NCBI GenBank assembly: GCA_963784195.1
Contig: CAWARA010000019.1
Location: 38,088 to 102,087, forward strand
Length of the DNA: 64,000 nucleotides
From: an uncultured Acidobacteriota bacterium
Lineage (GTDB): Bacteria; Acidobacteriota; Vicinamibacteria; Vicinamibacterales; 2-12-FULL-66-21
Reading direction: 5' to 3'
In this document: positions 30,274-43,040 of the stretch, piece after piece
Position numbering within the stretch: the first letter of the stretch is position 1
Layout: each line of letters begins with the position of its first letter
Notes under the pieces: model-generated
What the model saw: only the letters and a program-made list of their open reading frames with translations
Database searches by the model: none
Told to the model about the DNA's origin: nothing
Translations under genes and position numbers: made by a program

Positions 30274-32187
30274 TCAGCCGACGGGCGGGATGACTGGCAC
30301 GATCGGGTCCGGTTCCCTGGGTGGGATGGGGCCGATGATCTGCATCAACTCCTCGGCCTCGATCACTTCCTTCTCGAGGAGACGTTCGGAGAGCTGCTCG
30401 AGGATCCGGCGATGGCTGCGAAGGATCTGTCTGGCGGTGTCGTGCGCGTCGGTGAGGATTCGCTTCACTTCCGTGTCGATCATCAACGCGGTCTCTTCCG
30501 CGTAGTTCCCGCGCTCCTGGACGAACGGGATCTCGAGGAACGTCGCGCGCTTGTGTCCGTTGTAGTTGACGGCGCCAAGCGCATCGCTCATGCCGAACTC
30601 GGTGACCATGGCGCGCGCGATGTCCGTCGCCCGCTGCAGATCGTTCTGCGCACCGGTCGAGATCTCGCCGAACGCAATCTCCTCGGCGCTGCGCCCGCCG
30701 AGCAGCACCGCGAGCTGATTCTGGAGATCCCTGCGCGTCATCAGGTAGCGATCCTCGAGCGGCAGCTGCATGGTGTAGCCGAGCGCGCCGAACCCGCGCT
30801 GCACGATCGAGATCTTGTGGACCGGATCGAGGCCGGGAAGCAGGCTGGCCACGATCGCGTGGCCTGACTCGTGGAAGGCGACGATGCGCCGTTCCTTGTC
30901 GCTCATGACGCGCTTCTTCTCGAGGCCGGCGATCACCCGATCGATCGCTTCGTCGAAGTCGCGCATGTCGACGGCGGTCTTGTCGCGCCGCGCGGCGAGC
31001 AGCGCAGCCTCGTTCACGAGGTTGGCCAGATCGGCGCCCGCGAACCCGGCGGTCCGTGCCGCGATGACCTTCAGGTCGACGTTCGCGGCAATCTTCACGT
31101 TCTTGACGTGAATGCGCAGGATGTCCTCGCGTCCACGCACGTCCGGCTTGTCCACGAGCACCTGGCGGTCGAACCGTCCGGGGCGGAGCAGGGCAGGATC
31201 GAGCACCTCCGGGCGGTTCGTCGCGCCCATGATGATCACGCCCTTGCGCGCATCGAACCCGTCCATCTCCGCGAGCAGCTGGTTGAGTGTCTGCTCGCGC
31301 TCTTCGTGGCTGCCCATCGGCGTCTGGATGCGGACCTTGCCCAGTGCGTCGAGCTCGTCGATGAACACGATGCAGGGTGCCTTCGCCTCCGCCTGGTTGA
31401 AGAGATCGCGCACGCGTGCGGCGCCGACGCCGACGAACATCTCGACGAACTCCGAGCCGCTCAGGCTGAAGAAGGGCACGTTCGCTTCACCCGCCACGGC
31501 ACGCGCCAGCAGCGTCTTGCCGGTGCCAGGCGGGCCGACGAGCAGCACCCCTTTCGGAATGCGTCCGCCGATGCTCGTGTACTTCTTCGGGTTCTTGAGA
31601 AACTCGACGATCTCGCGCAGCTCCTCTTCCGCCTCGTCGACGCCTGCGACGTCGCCAAAACGCACTTTCACGTCGTCATCCGCGTAGATCTTCGCGCGGC
31701 TCCGTGCGAAGGACATCACGCCGCCTTCGGCGCCGCTCATCCGCTTGAAGAAGAAACTCCACAAGGCGATGAGGAAGATGAGCGGGATGACCCAGCCGAG
31801 CACCTCGCCAATCCACTTGCTCGGGATCTCACCGGTGAACTTGACGCCGTTCCGCTCGAGATCCTCCACCAGCTTGGGATCTTCGATTTTGACGACGGTG
31901 AACTGACGGCCGGCGCCGCCCTCGGCCTTCTGCTTTCCGCGGATTCGGTCCTCGCCGACGGTGACTTCCTGGACCTTGCCGTCACGGACGAGCTGCTTGA
32001 ACTCGCTGTAGGAAATGGAGTCGGCCGACTGCTGCGTGTAGAAGATTGCCTGGCCGATGGCGAGCAGGAGAAGGAACCCGAGGACGTACCACATGGCCGA
32101 ACCCGGCCCCGGCCGGGCGCTCAGCCGCCGATCGCCGGAACGACGCCCGCGAGCATTGGGCACGTTGCGATCCTTGTCGTCGGCCAC
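30274..32187 (-). CDS. ftsH: ATP-dependent zinc metalloprotease FtsH
   Basis: [37 protein letters not shown]; likely GTG start at 32187. Confidence 0.96.
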   Translation of the reverse strand: MADDKDRNVPNARGRRSGDRRLSARPGPGSAMWYVLGFLLLLAIGQAIFYTQQSADSISYSEFKQLVRDGKVQEVTVGEDRIRGKQKAEGGAGRQFTVVKIEDPKLVEDLERNGVKFTGEIPSKWIGEVLGWVIPLIFLIALWSFFFKRMSGAEGGVMSFARSRAKIYADDDVKVRFGDVAGVDEAEEELREIVEFLKNPKKYTSIGGRIPKGVLLVGPPGTGKTLLARAVAGEANVPFFSLSGSEFVEMFVGVGAARVRDLFNQAEAKAPCIVFIDELDALGKVRIQTPMGSHEEREQTLNQLLAEMDGFDARKGVIIMGATNRPEVLDPALLRPGRFDRQVLVDKPDVRGREDILRIHVKNVKIAANVDLKVIAARTAGFAGADLANLVNEAALLAARRDKTAVDMRDFDEAIDRVIAGLEKKRVMSDKERRIVAFHESGHAIVASLLPGLDPVHKISIVQRGFGALGYTMQLPLEDRYLMTRRDLQNQLAVLLGGRSAEEIAFGEISTGAQNDLQRATDIARAMVTEFGMSDALGAVNYNGHKRATFLEIPFVQERGNYAEETALMIDTEVKRILTDAHDTARQILRSHRRILEQLSERLLEKEVIEAEELMQIIGPIPPREPDPIVPVIPPVG

Positions 32188-32207
32188 AGGCAGATTGTAC
32201 GTCAGGC

Positions 32208-34823
<2,616 letters not shown>

Positions 34824-34826
34824 CGT

Positions 34827-35822
34827 TCACGACCGATCTAATTTCGCGAGCGTTTCGTAGTGCTCGCGTTGCTCGCGGGTCAGGGCGCGCGGCAGCTGGA
34901 CGTCGATCGTGGCGTAGAGATCGCCGCGCTCGTCCGGCTTGCCCACCACCGGCATGCCATGCCCCTTCAGCCTGAACACCTGCCCGTTCTGCGTCGTCTC
35001 TGGAATCTTGAGCCGGACTGAACCGGCGACCGTCGGCACCTGCGATTCGCCGCCAAGCACGGCCGTCGTAACCGGGACACTGACCCGCGTATGCAGGTCG
35101 TTGCCCTTTCGCTCGAAGACCGGATGCGGACGGATTCGAACCCGCAGGTAGAGGTCGCCTGATGTGCCGCCATTGCTTCCCGATTCACCCTCCCCAGCCG
35201 CCCTGACGCGAGAGCCCTCCCTGACACCCGGCGGAATCCGTACGTCAACGCTGCGCGCGTGTCCGCCCTGTTTGATCGAGATACGCCGGGTGGCGCCGTG
35301 ATAGGCCTCTTCGAGCGTAAGCTCGACCTCGTGCTCGATGTCGCGGCCTTTCTGGGTCCGCGGGGCACGAGTGGTTCGCTGGCGTCCCGCAGCCTCCCGA
35401 TCCCGGCCGCCGAAGAAGGTCTTGAAGAAGTCCGAGAAGGGGTCTTCGTTGCCGAAGAGATCCTGCATTTCCTCTTCGGTCATCGTGCGGTAGCCGCCGG
35501 GGCCGCCCATGTTGATGTTCCAGGCACCGCCGCCGAATCCGGCGGCGTCAGCACCCGGCCACGGCTGACCCTGCTGATGCGCCTGTTCGTACATCCGCCA
35601 GTTGGCGCCCAGCTCGTCGTACTTGCGCCGCTTGTCGGAGTCGCCGAGCACCTCGTAGGCCTCGTTGATCTCCTTGAAGCGTGCCTCCGCCGACTTGTCG
35701 CCAGGGTTCACGTCCGGATGGAATTTGCGGGCGAGCTTCCGGTACGCCTGCTTGATCTCTTTTTCAGACGCGCTCTTGGCGACGCCGAGCGTCTGGTAGT
35801 AGTCCTTGAACTCCACAGCCAT
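34827..35822 (-). CDS. DnaJ-class co-chaperone lacking the zinc finger (CbpA-like)
   Basis: J-domain with HPD, G/F region, C-terminal DnaJ domain, no CxxCxGxG repeats. Confidence 0.93.
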   Translation of the reverse strand: MAVEFKDYYQTLGVAKSASEKEIKQAYRKLARKFHPDVNPGDKSAEARFKEINEAYEVLGDSDKRRKYDELGANWRMYEQAHQQGQPWPGADAAGFGGGAWNINMGGPGGYRTMTEEEMQDLFGNEDPFSDFFKTFFGGRDREAAGRQRTTRAPRTQKGRDIEHEVELTLEEAYHGATRRISIKQGGHARSVDVRIPPGVREGSRVRAAGEGESGSNGGTSGDLYLRVRIRPHPVFERKGNDLHTRVSVPVTTAVLGGESQVPTVAGSVRLKIPETTQNGQVFRLKGHGMPVVGKPDERGDLYATIDVQLPRALTREQREHYETLAKLDRS

Positions 35823-35828
35823 ATTTAC

Positions 35829-35918
35829 GACGACGGTTCACAACGAGGGTTCAGCACAGGGGTTCACGACGAAGGTTCAGCACGGGGGTTCACGACGAAG
35901 GTTCATCACGAGGGTTCT
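35829..35918. repeat. 13-bp tandem repeat between the HspR-like and DnaJ genes
   Basis: About 7 units of ACGANGGTTCANN. Confidence 0.85.
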
Positions 35919-35928
35919 AGCTCCTGAT

Positions 35929-36264
35929 CTACAGCCCCACCATCTCCCCAATTCGCTCGATCTCGCGCGCGAGGCGCCGGCGGTTGTCGCCCCGCGCCGG
36001 TTCCTGCTTGATCAACGGCCGCATCCGCTGAACAACCTCGGCAATCGAGAGCAGCCGCTGGACGCCCGCGAGGTTGACGCCGACTTCCTCGACGAGATGC
36101 TTGATCAAGCGCAGCCGTTCGAGCTCATCGTCGTTGTAGACGCGGATGCTGCCGACTGTCCGCGTCGGCCGGACGAGCCCGAGACGCTCGTACTTGCGCA
36201 ACGTCTGCGGATGCATGTCGAGCATGCGGGCGGCCATGCTGATAAAGTAGAGATCGTGCGCCAT
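35929..36264 (-). CDS. MerR-family heat-shock repressor (HspR-like)
   Basis: YFISMAARMLDMHPQTLRKYERLGLVRPTRT..GVNLAGV; heads the dnaJ-clpB operon. Confidence 0.88.
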   Translation of the reverse strand: MAHDLYFISMAARMLDMHPQTLRKYERLGLVRPTRTVGSIRVYNDDELERLRLIKHLVEEVGVNLAGVQRLLSIAEVVQRMRPLIKQEPARGDNRRRLAREIERIGEMVGL

Positions 36265-36344
36265 CGCCAAGACTCGCATCGCCGTGGGGCCAGGCTTGAC
36301 AGCCCCGGATACCCGCGCGGCCGGAACAACCCTGCGTCGATCTG

Positions 36345-36374
36345 AATATAGGTATTGATACGGTCTGTGTCAAC
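36345..36374 (-). promoter_or_regulatory. Heat-shock operon promoter with overlapping HAIR-like operator
   Basis: TTGACA - 17 bp - TATATT on minus; GTTGACA-N7-TATCAAT (36354-36374) has the spacing of CTTGAGT-N7-ACTCAAG. Confidence 0.65.
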
Positions 36375-36390
36375 TCTCACAGTCGACTGA

Positions 36391-37129
36391 ATGGACGTCC
36401 ATTTCTCAGACTTCATAACCATCGCGTTGCTGGTCGTGCTGGAGGGCTTGCTCAGCGCCGACAACGCGCTCGTGCTGGCCATCCTCGTGCTCGGGCTGCC
36501 GCGTCATCAGCAGCGCAAGGCCCTGCGTTACGGCATCCTCGGAGCCTTTGCATTCCGCATTCTTGCGACGCTGCTCGCCGTTCACCTGCTGGCGGTGGCC
36601 TGGATCAAGCTCATCGGCGCGCTCTACCTCTTGTATCTGGCGTACGCGCACTTCTTCGGCCGTCATGAGGGCGGAGAGCGCAGCGCCATCAAACCGGCTA
36701 AACCGTGGCTGGGTCTCACCGCATTCTGGGCAACGGTCGTCAAGGTGGAGCTCACCGACATCGTCTTTGCCGTGGACTCGATTCTCGTGGCCGTGGCGAT
36801 GTCCAGCAAGACGTGGGTGATCATCTCCGGCGGTGTGCTCGGCATCATCACCATGCGGATGGTGATCGGTCAGCTGCTGGCGATCGTCAGGCGGTATCCC
36901 GCGCTCGTCGACGGCGCGTTCATCATCATCGCGTGGGTCGGCGTGAAGCTGCTGATCGAATACCTGCATTCGACAGGTTACGTGCCACTTCGAGGTCAAC
37001 AAGTGGCTGTCGTTCGGATTGATCGTGATCATCTTCGCGATCGCCTACCTCTACGCGCGGAGGCACGGACCGGTCGAAGATCCCGATGATGATGAGGCGG
37101 CGGCGCTGCTACGGGAGGATGGGGGGTAG
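36391..37129 (+). CDS. TerC-family membrane protein (frameshift near 36987)
   Basis: LEGLLSADNALVL, ALRYGILGAF, VELTDIVFAVDSILVA; the C-terminal TM continues in another frame to TAG 37129. Confidence 0.9.
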
Positions 37130-37194
37130 CAGGCCGCTTAGCGCGGCCTGCGATGGGCGATGGGCAATGGGGCAAGGCCCTTTGCCATTGGCGA

Positions 37195-39031
37195 TCAGTA
37201 GGTGCCCGAGAGCTTGAGCTCCAGCGTCTCGGTCGATCCCTCTTCGAGCGTGAAGCGGCGGCCCTTGCCCTTGAGCCGTTCGAGCAGTTCCGGATCGCCC
37301 CATTCACCCGAAGGAATGTATTCGACCGCCACGGCGTGATAGCTGCCGGGCGGCATGTTCTGCACCTTGAAGCGGCCGTCCTGATCGGGCCGCGTGCCGG
37401 TGACCCATCGCGACATCGGCATTTTCCACAGCTCGGGATCGTCGGAGAAAATCACCAGCGTGTAGTCCTTCATCGCCGTTCCGTCCGCGCCGACCACCGA
37501 ACCGGTGATCGATGTGGTCTGTGACGACAGCGTGATCTCGATGCCCGAGACGGTGTCGCCCGCGCGGAAGTCGGCGCCGGTGTCGGTGATGTCCGTGCCG
37601 CCCATCCGAACAGACTTGAGCGTCCAGCCCGACGGGAGGGCGGCCGTGCGAATCAGCCGCTGACCGGCGAGCCCTTTGAGCTCGAACGTGCCGTCTTCCT
37701 TGACTGCGCCCGGGCCGGGGGCTCCGGCGAATCCAAGGGTCATCGCGGGGGAATCAGCCGGCGGCGCCGAGATGCGGATGCTTGTCACGTTCGGCGGTTT
37801 GGCGCCACCTTCGAACGTGACCTTGCCCGTTGCCGTAGCCCCCTTCGATCGTCGTCAGCACGATGTTGGGAAGATCTTCACCAGCCACGACAAGCGGCAC
37901 CGATCCGAACTCCGCCTCGCCGCCACCACCACCGGCCGCTGTCCTCATCTGGAAGACCATCGTGTTCCCGCCCTCGGAGGACGTGATGACCTGCATCGCG
38001 TTGGCATTCAGCTGGTAGTCGCCGGGTGCCACGTTGTTGATCGTGAAGGCGCCGTCAGCATTCGTCCTGCTGGAGTTCTGCATGCCCAGCATGACCTCGG
38101 TGCGCGAGCTCGGCGAGGCGGTCACCATCGCGCCGGAGAGCGGTTTGCCGTCGGAACCGATCACGATGCCGGTAATCTTGGCCAGACGAACCGGCGTCAG
38201 CGCGAAGTCGGCGTTCCCGATCTCCTGTCCAACGGCGAGTGTGACCCTCTGGGCGTCGGCGACGTTGAACGTGCCCGGGAAGTACGTCGGCGCGTAGCCT
38301 GACGAAGGGTTGGAGGCTGTGGGCCCCGCCTCGTTGAATCCCGCTCGAACGCTCGCCGCCATTTCGACCGCCATCATGTCGATCGGTCCGCGGAGCGTGG
38401 CACTGATGTAGTAGTCGCCCGGAGGCAGGCCGTAGATGCGGAACTGTCCGAGATCGTTGGTTTGTGCGATTCGGCCGCCGGCCGGCGTCATGCGACGGCG
38501 ACCGTTCGTCCACGTCTGGCGCATCGCCGTAACGTTGACGTCAGGCAGCGGCTCGCCAAACTCGTCGACGATGCGGCCGGCGATGACGCTGCCGCGCGGC
38601 ATGGTGATGTCGGCGTTCTCGAGCACCTGCTTGTCGGTCAGCTCGATTGGCCGGCCGGACTCGAACGGGCGCGTCTGGCCGTACTGCACCGTGACGTAGC
38701 CGGATTTCGAGGCCGAGAGGTTGAACCGTCCGCCGGGCAAATCGCGAAACTCGAAGCGGCCCTCGCCGTCGGTCATCGCCGTCTTCGCCATGATCTCGGG
38801 TCCCATGATGCGGACTTGCGCCCGCCGGATGGGCGCGCCGGACTCGGTCGTCAGCACCCGGCCGGTGATCCGCGCAGTGCCCGTCTTGAACTGCCGGCCC
38901 TGGCCCGGCATCTGGAACGGCTCGCCCGGCCCGCCCTGAATGATCTGGACCTGCGCGGCCGCCGACACGATCCCCAGTGCAACCGCTGCCGTCACGACGC
39001 CCGCGATTTTGGTGAAATTGCGCATGTGCAT
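37195..39031 (-). CDS. Carboxypeptidase-regulatory-like repeat protein (frameshift near 37848)
   Basis: Signal peptide; repeated GRV..G.P / TDGEGRF / PGDY domains; paralog of 28387-30126. Confidence 0.85.
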
Positions 39032-39163
39032 CCTGTTCTTCTTCCGTTGGTGTCGGCTGGAAGTTCCCTGACCCGTATCCCACCCTGTCCGCCGCCTGAT
39101 TTTCACACGGACTCAGCTGCGGAGACTGCGGCTTATTTGTTAAGAATGTAAAACCTTGTCCAG

Positions 39164-40939
39164 TCAAGCCGATGGCGCGGGAACGGAGATGACGGAGGTA
39201 ACGGAACAAGCTTTAACTCGGAGGCGCGGAGGAACGGAGGTCGATTCCTCACGAGTGACCACACGCCCAACCGCCGATGCCGCCGCGCGCAGCGCGGCGA
39301 GCGATCGACCGACACCCCGCGGGCGCAAGCCGCGGGCGAACGGTGGATGCGGCTTGTGCCCGCGGGGTGTCGGTCGATCGCCCGGCCCGGCCGACGGCCG
39401 GGCCGGCATCGGCCGCAAAGGGCGTCCACAGCCGTCGCTCTGCACCGATCCCGCAACAAGTGGTCGTCCGTCAGCTCCGAGCCAAGCCGGCCGATCGGTT
39501 TGACCCCTATCGCCTGATCCGCGTATCTCCGTTCCTCCGCGTCTCTGAGTTGAAGCTTGTTCCGTTTCCTCCGTACCCTCCGTCTCCACGACAACAAGGA
39601 AGGCAACTCCCGAGCCCAGGACCCCCGCGATGGTCGGGGTGAGTGCGCCGTAGCCAGCGCCGTTGGTGGCGAAGTGGACGAGGACCAGGATGGGGACTCC
39701 GGCCAGAGTCGCCAGTCCCTGGCGCCGGCCGCGGCCGCCGCCGTAAAGTCCGCCGACAACAGGCACGAACAGCGTAACGATCAGCAACGAGTAAAACGTG
39801 CTGATCGTCTGCAGGATGGTCTCGTGCATCATCGCCAGCCCGACACCGAACACACCGCCGATGACGGCCGCCGCCCGGGCGACCAGAAGGGTCTCGCGAT
39901 CGCTGGCGTCCGGCTTCACGAACCCTCGATACAAGTCTTTCGATGCTGACGTCGCGACCATCAGAAGCACCGCGTCCGCGGCGCTCGCCTCCGCCGAGAA
40001 CACCGCCGCGAGCGCCAGCCCCCCTAGAAACGGCGGCAGCGCCGCCGCCATCGTCGCAAACGCCAGGTCACGGGGAATGTCGGGAAAGAGGGTCCGCGCT
40101 GAGAGCCCGATGATCGTCGGGACGGCTGCGAAGATGATCAACGCGACGCCGTTGAGCGCCACGCCGGTCCTGATCGCCTGCGTGTCGCGCGCCCCGAGCG
40201 CCTTCTGCACCAGACCCGGCGAGACGATGAACGCCGGTGCCAGGAAGAACAGCAACCGCCATCCCGATTGCGGAGAGCCGCCGGCAAACAGATCGAGCCG
40301 CGACGGGTCCGCAGTGATGGCCGACCAGCCGCCGGCAAGCGCCATGGCAATCGGCGTCACCAGCGCAAACCCGACCAGCTTGATGACGAGCTGCACGAGG
40401 TTGACGTATGCGGTGCTGAGGAGCCCGCCGGCAACGAAGTAAATGCTGACAATCGCGGCTCCGGCGATGCATCCGGCCAGCTTCGACATCCCGGCCGCCA
40501 CCGCCAGCACCGTGGCGATTCCCTGCAACTGCGACGCGAGAATGTGAAGCGTACCGACCCAGATGAGCACCGCGACCACGCCGCGGAGCGTCCGGTCGTA
40601 GCGCCGCTCGATGAAGTCTCCGAGCGTCAGATCGCCATGCTCGACCGACTCGCGCCAGAGGCGCGGACCGACGCTGAACGCGAAGATCAATGATCCGATT
40701 CCGGCCGAGGCATTCCACCACCACGCGCTGATGCCGTCGCGATATGCAAGGGAGGCCGCGTTGACGGTCGCGCCGGCACCGATGTTCGCCGCGAGGAATG
40801 TCGCGAAGATCAGGCCCGGGCCGAGCGTACGGCCGGCAATGAAGAAATCGCCAGTTGCGCGGACGCGCCGTCCGATCCAGAGACCGAGCGCGGCCATCAG
40901 GACCGAGTAGACGAGTAGGACGGCGAGCGTCGGACTCAC
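39164..40939 (-). CDS. Sodium:solute symporter; 3' end reads through a palindromic element
   Basis: DFFIAGRTL, AANIGAG, TLGDFIERRY, many TM helices; the last ~140 aa come from the repeat. Confidence 0.9.
   Translation of the reverse strand: MSPTLAVLLVYSVLMAALGLWIGRRVRATGDFFIAGRTLGPGLIFATFLAANIGAGATVNAASLAYRDGISAWWWNASAGIGSLIFAFSVGPRLWRESVEHGDLTLGDFIERRYDRTLRGVVAVLIWVGTLHILASQLQGIATVLAVAAGMSKLAGCIAGAAIVSIYFVAGGLLSTAYVNLVQLVIKLVGFALVTPIAMALAGGWSAITADPSRLDLFAGGSPQSGWRLLFFLAPAFIVSPGLVQKALGARDTQAIRTGVALNGVALIIFAAVPTIIGLSARTLFPDIPRDLAFATMAAALPPFLGGLALAAVFSAEASAADAVLLMVATSASKDLYRGFVKPDASDRETLLVARAAAVIGGVFGVGLAMMHETILQTISTFYSLLIVTLFVPVVGGLYGGGRGRRQGLATLAGVPILVLVHFATNGAGYGALTPTIAGVLGSGVAFLVVVETEGTEETEQASTQRRGGTEIRGSGDRGQTDRPAWLGADGRPLVAGSVQSDGCGRPLRPMPARPSAGPGDRPTPRGHKPHPPFARGLRPRGVGRSLAALRAAASAVGRVVTREESTSVPPRLRVKACSVTSVISVPAPSA
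39182..39584. mobile_element. Nested palindromic (MITE-like) element, copy 3
   Basis: Same terminal IRs and cruciform core as copies 1 and 2, with a longer right-hand spacer. Confidence 0.85.
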
Positions 40940-40952
40940 AACGCGGCTGCGG

Positions 40953-41999
40953 TCACCGGAGATCGGAGACGGCGGGGAAGCCGGGGATGCCCTTGGCCGC
41001 GCGGACGGCTCTCAGGATCGCTTCGACCATCGCGTCCGCGGCCAGCGCGCCGATGCGATCCACACTGACCTCGCCGTCGCGTGTTCCTGTGGCCAGCGCG
41101 AAAATCGTGTCGCCGTCGCCGCTCGTGTGCGAGGGCACGATCGCGCGGGCGAACCCATCCTGCGCCATCTGGGCGACCTTCTTGGCCTGGGCTTTGGTCA
41201 GCTTCGCATTGGTGGCGACGACGCCGAGCGTGGTGTTCTGAATCGAGATGGCTTCGAATTCATGACTGCCGTCGCGCATCATCGCGTGGACGTCCGCAAC
41301 GGACTTGCCGTCCTCGGTTCGCGCGCCGGCGACGACCTTCCCTGTCGACGGGTCGATGACGTTGCCGCGCGCGTTGACGGCGACGAGCGCGGCGACGACG
41401 AGGCCATCGGGCAGTGTGATCGCGGCTGACCCGAGGCCGCCCTTCATCGCGCGCTTCATTCCGGCCATCTTGCCAACCGTCGCGCCGGCGCCGGCGCCGA
41501 CGTTGCCTTCCTCGATCGGCCCGGTGCCTGCCGCCTTGGCTGCAGCGTACCCGCAGGACGCATCAGGACGTATCTTGAAATCGCCGACGCTGAGATCGAA
41601 CAGGATGGCAGACGGAACGATGGGCACGACGCCGCCACCGATCGGAAATCCGATCCCGCGCTCTTCGAGATAGCGCATCACGCCGGATGCGGCATCCAGG
41701 CCGTACGCGCTGCCGCCGGACAGCACGATCGCGTGCACCTGCTGGACGGTGTTGATCGGATCGAGCAGCTCGGTCTCGCGCGTGCCCGGCGCGCTGCCGC
41801 GCACGTCAACGCCACCCGTCGCGCCTTTTTCCGCAAGAATGACCGTGCAGCCGGTCGGCCGCTGGGTGAGCGTGTGGTGGCCGACCCTCAGGCCGTCAAC
41901 GGCGGTGAGTCCGGAACCGGCAAGCATCGTGGCTGATGGCAACGCAACCCCCGCCGCCGCGAGTGCGGCGCCCGTCACCAGGAAATTTGAGAATCGCAT
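40953..41999 (-). CDS. P1/S58 (DmpA-like) peptidase
   Basis: TGCTVI, VRGSAPGTRET, LSGGSAYGL, GNVGAGAG, NTTLGVVATNA, DGDTIFA. Confidence 0.92.
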   Translation of the reverse strand: MRFSNFLVTGAALAAAGVALPSATMLAGSGLTAVDGLRVGHHTLTQRPTGCTVILAEKGATGGVDVRGSAPGTRETELLDPINTVQQVHAIVLSGGSAYGLDAASGVMRYLEERGIGFPIGGGVVPIVPSAILFDLSVGDFKIRPDASCGYAAAKAAGTGPIEEGNVGAGAGATVGKMAGMKRAMKGGLGSAAITLPDGLVVAALVAVNARGNVIDPSTGKVVAGARTEDGKSVADVHAMMRDGSHEFEAISIQNTTLGVVATNAKLTKAQAKKVAQMAQDGFARAIVPSHTSGDGDTIFALATGTRDGEVSVDRIGALAADAMVEAILRAVRAAKGIPGFPAVSDLR

Positions 42000-43000
42000 T
42001 ACGCCTCCCGAACCAATTCGAGCGGCCGCGCGTGCGCGTACCGTTTGTGCACATCGAGCACGGCGTCTGCCATGGCGTCGAGGAAGCGGGGATGATCGTT
42101 GGCTGACGCCGCACGCGCCATGGGAAGCCCGATCTCACGACAGACACCCGCCGCCTCGACGTCGAGGTCGTAGAGCACCTCGACGTGATCGCTGACGAAA
42201 CCGATCGGGGAAATCACCGCCGCCTCGAGCCCGCGCGAACGCTCATCTCTCAGATAGTCGCAGATATCCGGCCCGAGCCAGGGATCTTCCGCCCGTCCGC
42301 TGCGACTCTGATAAACCACCGTGGCGTCCGGCTCTAGCCGGACTACGTCCGAATCCCGCTTTAGCCGCTCCATCACCTTTCCGACGCTCTCCTCGATCTG
42401 CTGCTGATACGGATAGCGTTCGGCCATCGACACCGGGATGCTGTGCGCCGTGAACACGACCTTCGCGCGATCGCGAAGCGGCGGCGGCAACTGACGGCGC
42501 GCCTCCTCGATATGGTCGACGTTGGCGGCAATGAACCCCGGATGCGTGTGCCAGTCTGCCGTGAAGGTGACCTCGACGTCCGGCAGCCCCTGCGCGGCCA
42601 GCGCGGCCCGGGCGGCGGCGACGTTTTCGCGATACTGCGTGCAGCTCGAGTAGCTCCGATGCGCGGCCGCGATGAAACCAATCGCGCGACGCACGCCGGC
42701 TTTCGCCATCGCGGCCAGCGTGTCGACGAGAAACGGGTGCCAGTTCCGCATGCCGACGTACACCGGAAGCGGCGCCCCGGCGCCGATCAACCGCGACCGC
42801 AGACCATCGGCTTGCTTCAGCGTCAGTGCGGTGATCGGCGACACGCCGCCGAAGAGCTCGTAGTGATGCGCGACTTCCTCGAGGCGGCCCGGCGCGACGC
42901 GACGTCCGCGGAGCACGTTTTCAAGGAACGGACGGATGTCAGCGGGGCCCTGCGGGCCGCCGAATGCCACGACCAACACGGCATCGAAAGGATTGAGCAC
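41999..43000 (-). CDS. hemH: Ferrochelatase
   Basis: AFGGP, HYELFGGVSP, GMRNWHP, FTAHSIP, YQSRSG..PWLGP, GFVSDHVEVLYDLD; GTG start at 43000. Confidence 0.93.
   Translation of the reverse strand: MLNPFDAVLVVAFGGPQGPADIRPFLENVLRGRRVAPGRLEEVAHHYELFGGVSPITALTLKQADGLRSRLIGAGAPLPVYVGMRNWHPFLVDTLAAMAKAGVRRAIGFIAAAHRSYSSCTQYRENVAAARAALAAQGLPDVEVTFTADWHTHPGFIAANVDHIEEARRQLPPPLRDRAKVVFTAHSIPVSMAERYPYQQQIEESVGKVMERLKRDSDVVRLEPDATVVYQSRSGRAEDPWLGPDICDYLRDERSRGLEAAVISPIGFVSDHVEVLYDLDVEAAGVCREIGLPMARAASANDHPRFLDAMADAVLDVHKRYAHARPLELVREA
42321..42346 (+). repeat. REP family B-like palindrome inside hemH
   Basis: GTGGCGTCCGGCTCTAGCCGGACTAC, translated in frame as VVRLEPDAT. Confidence 0.7.
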
Positions 43001-43040
43001 GCGGGCGTTACCTGTCTCGCGATTATACTGGGCTTTGCTC

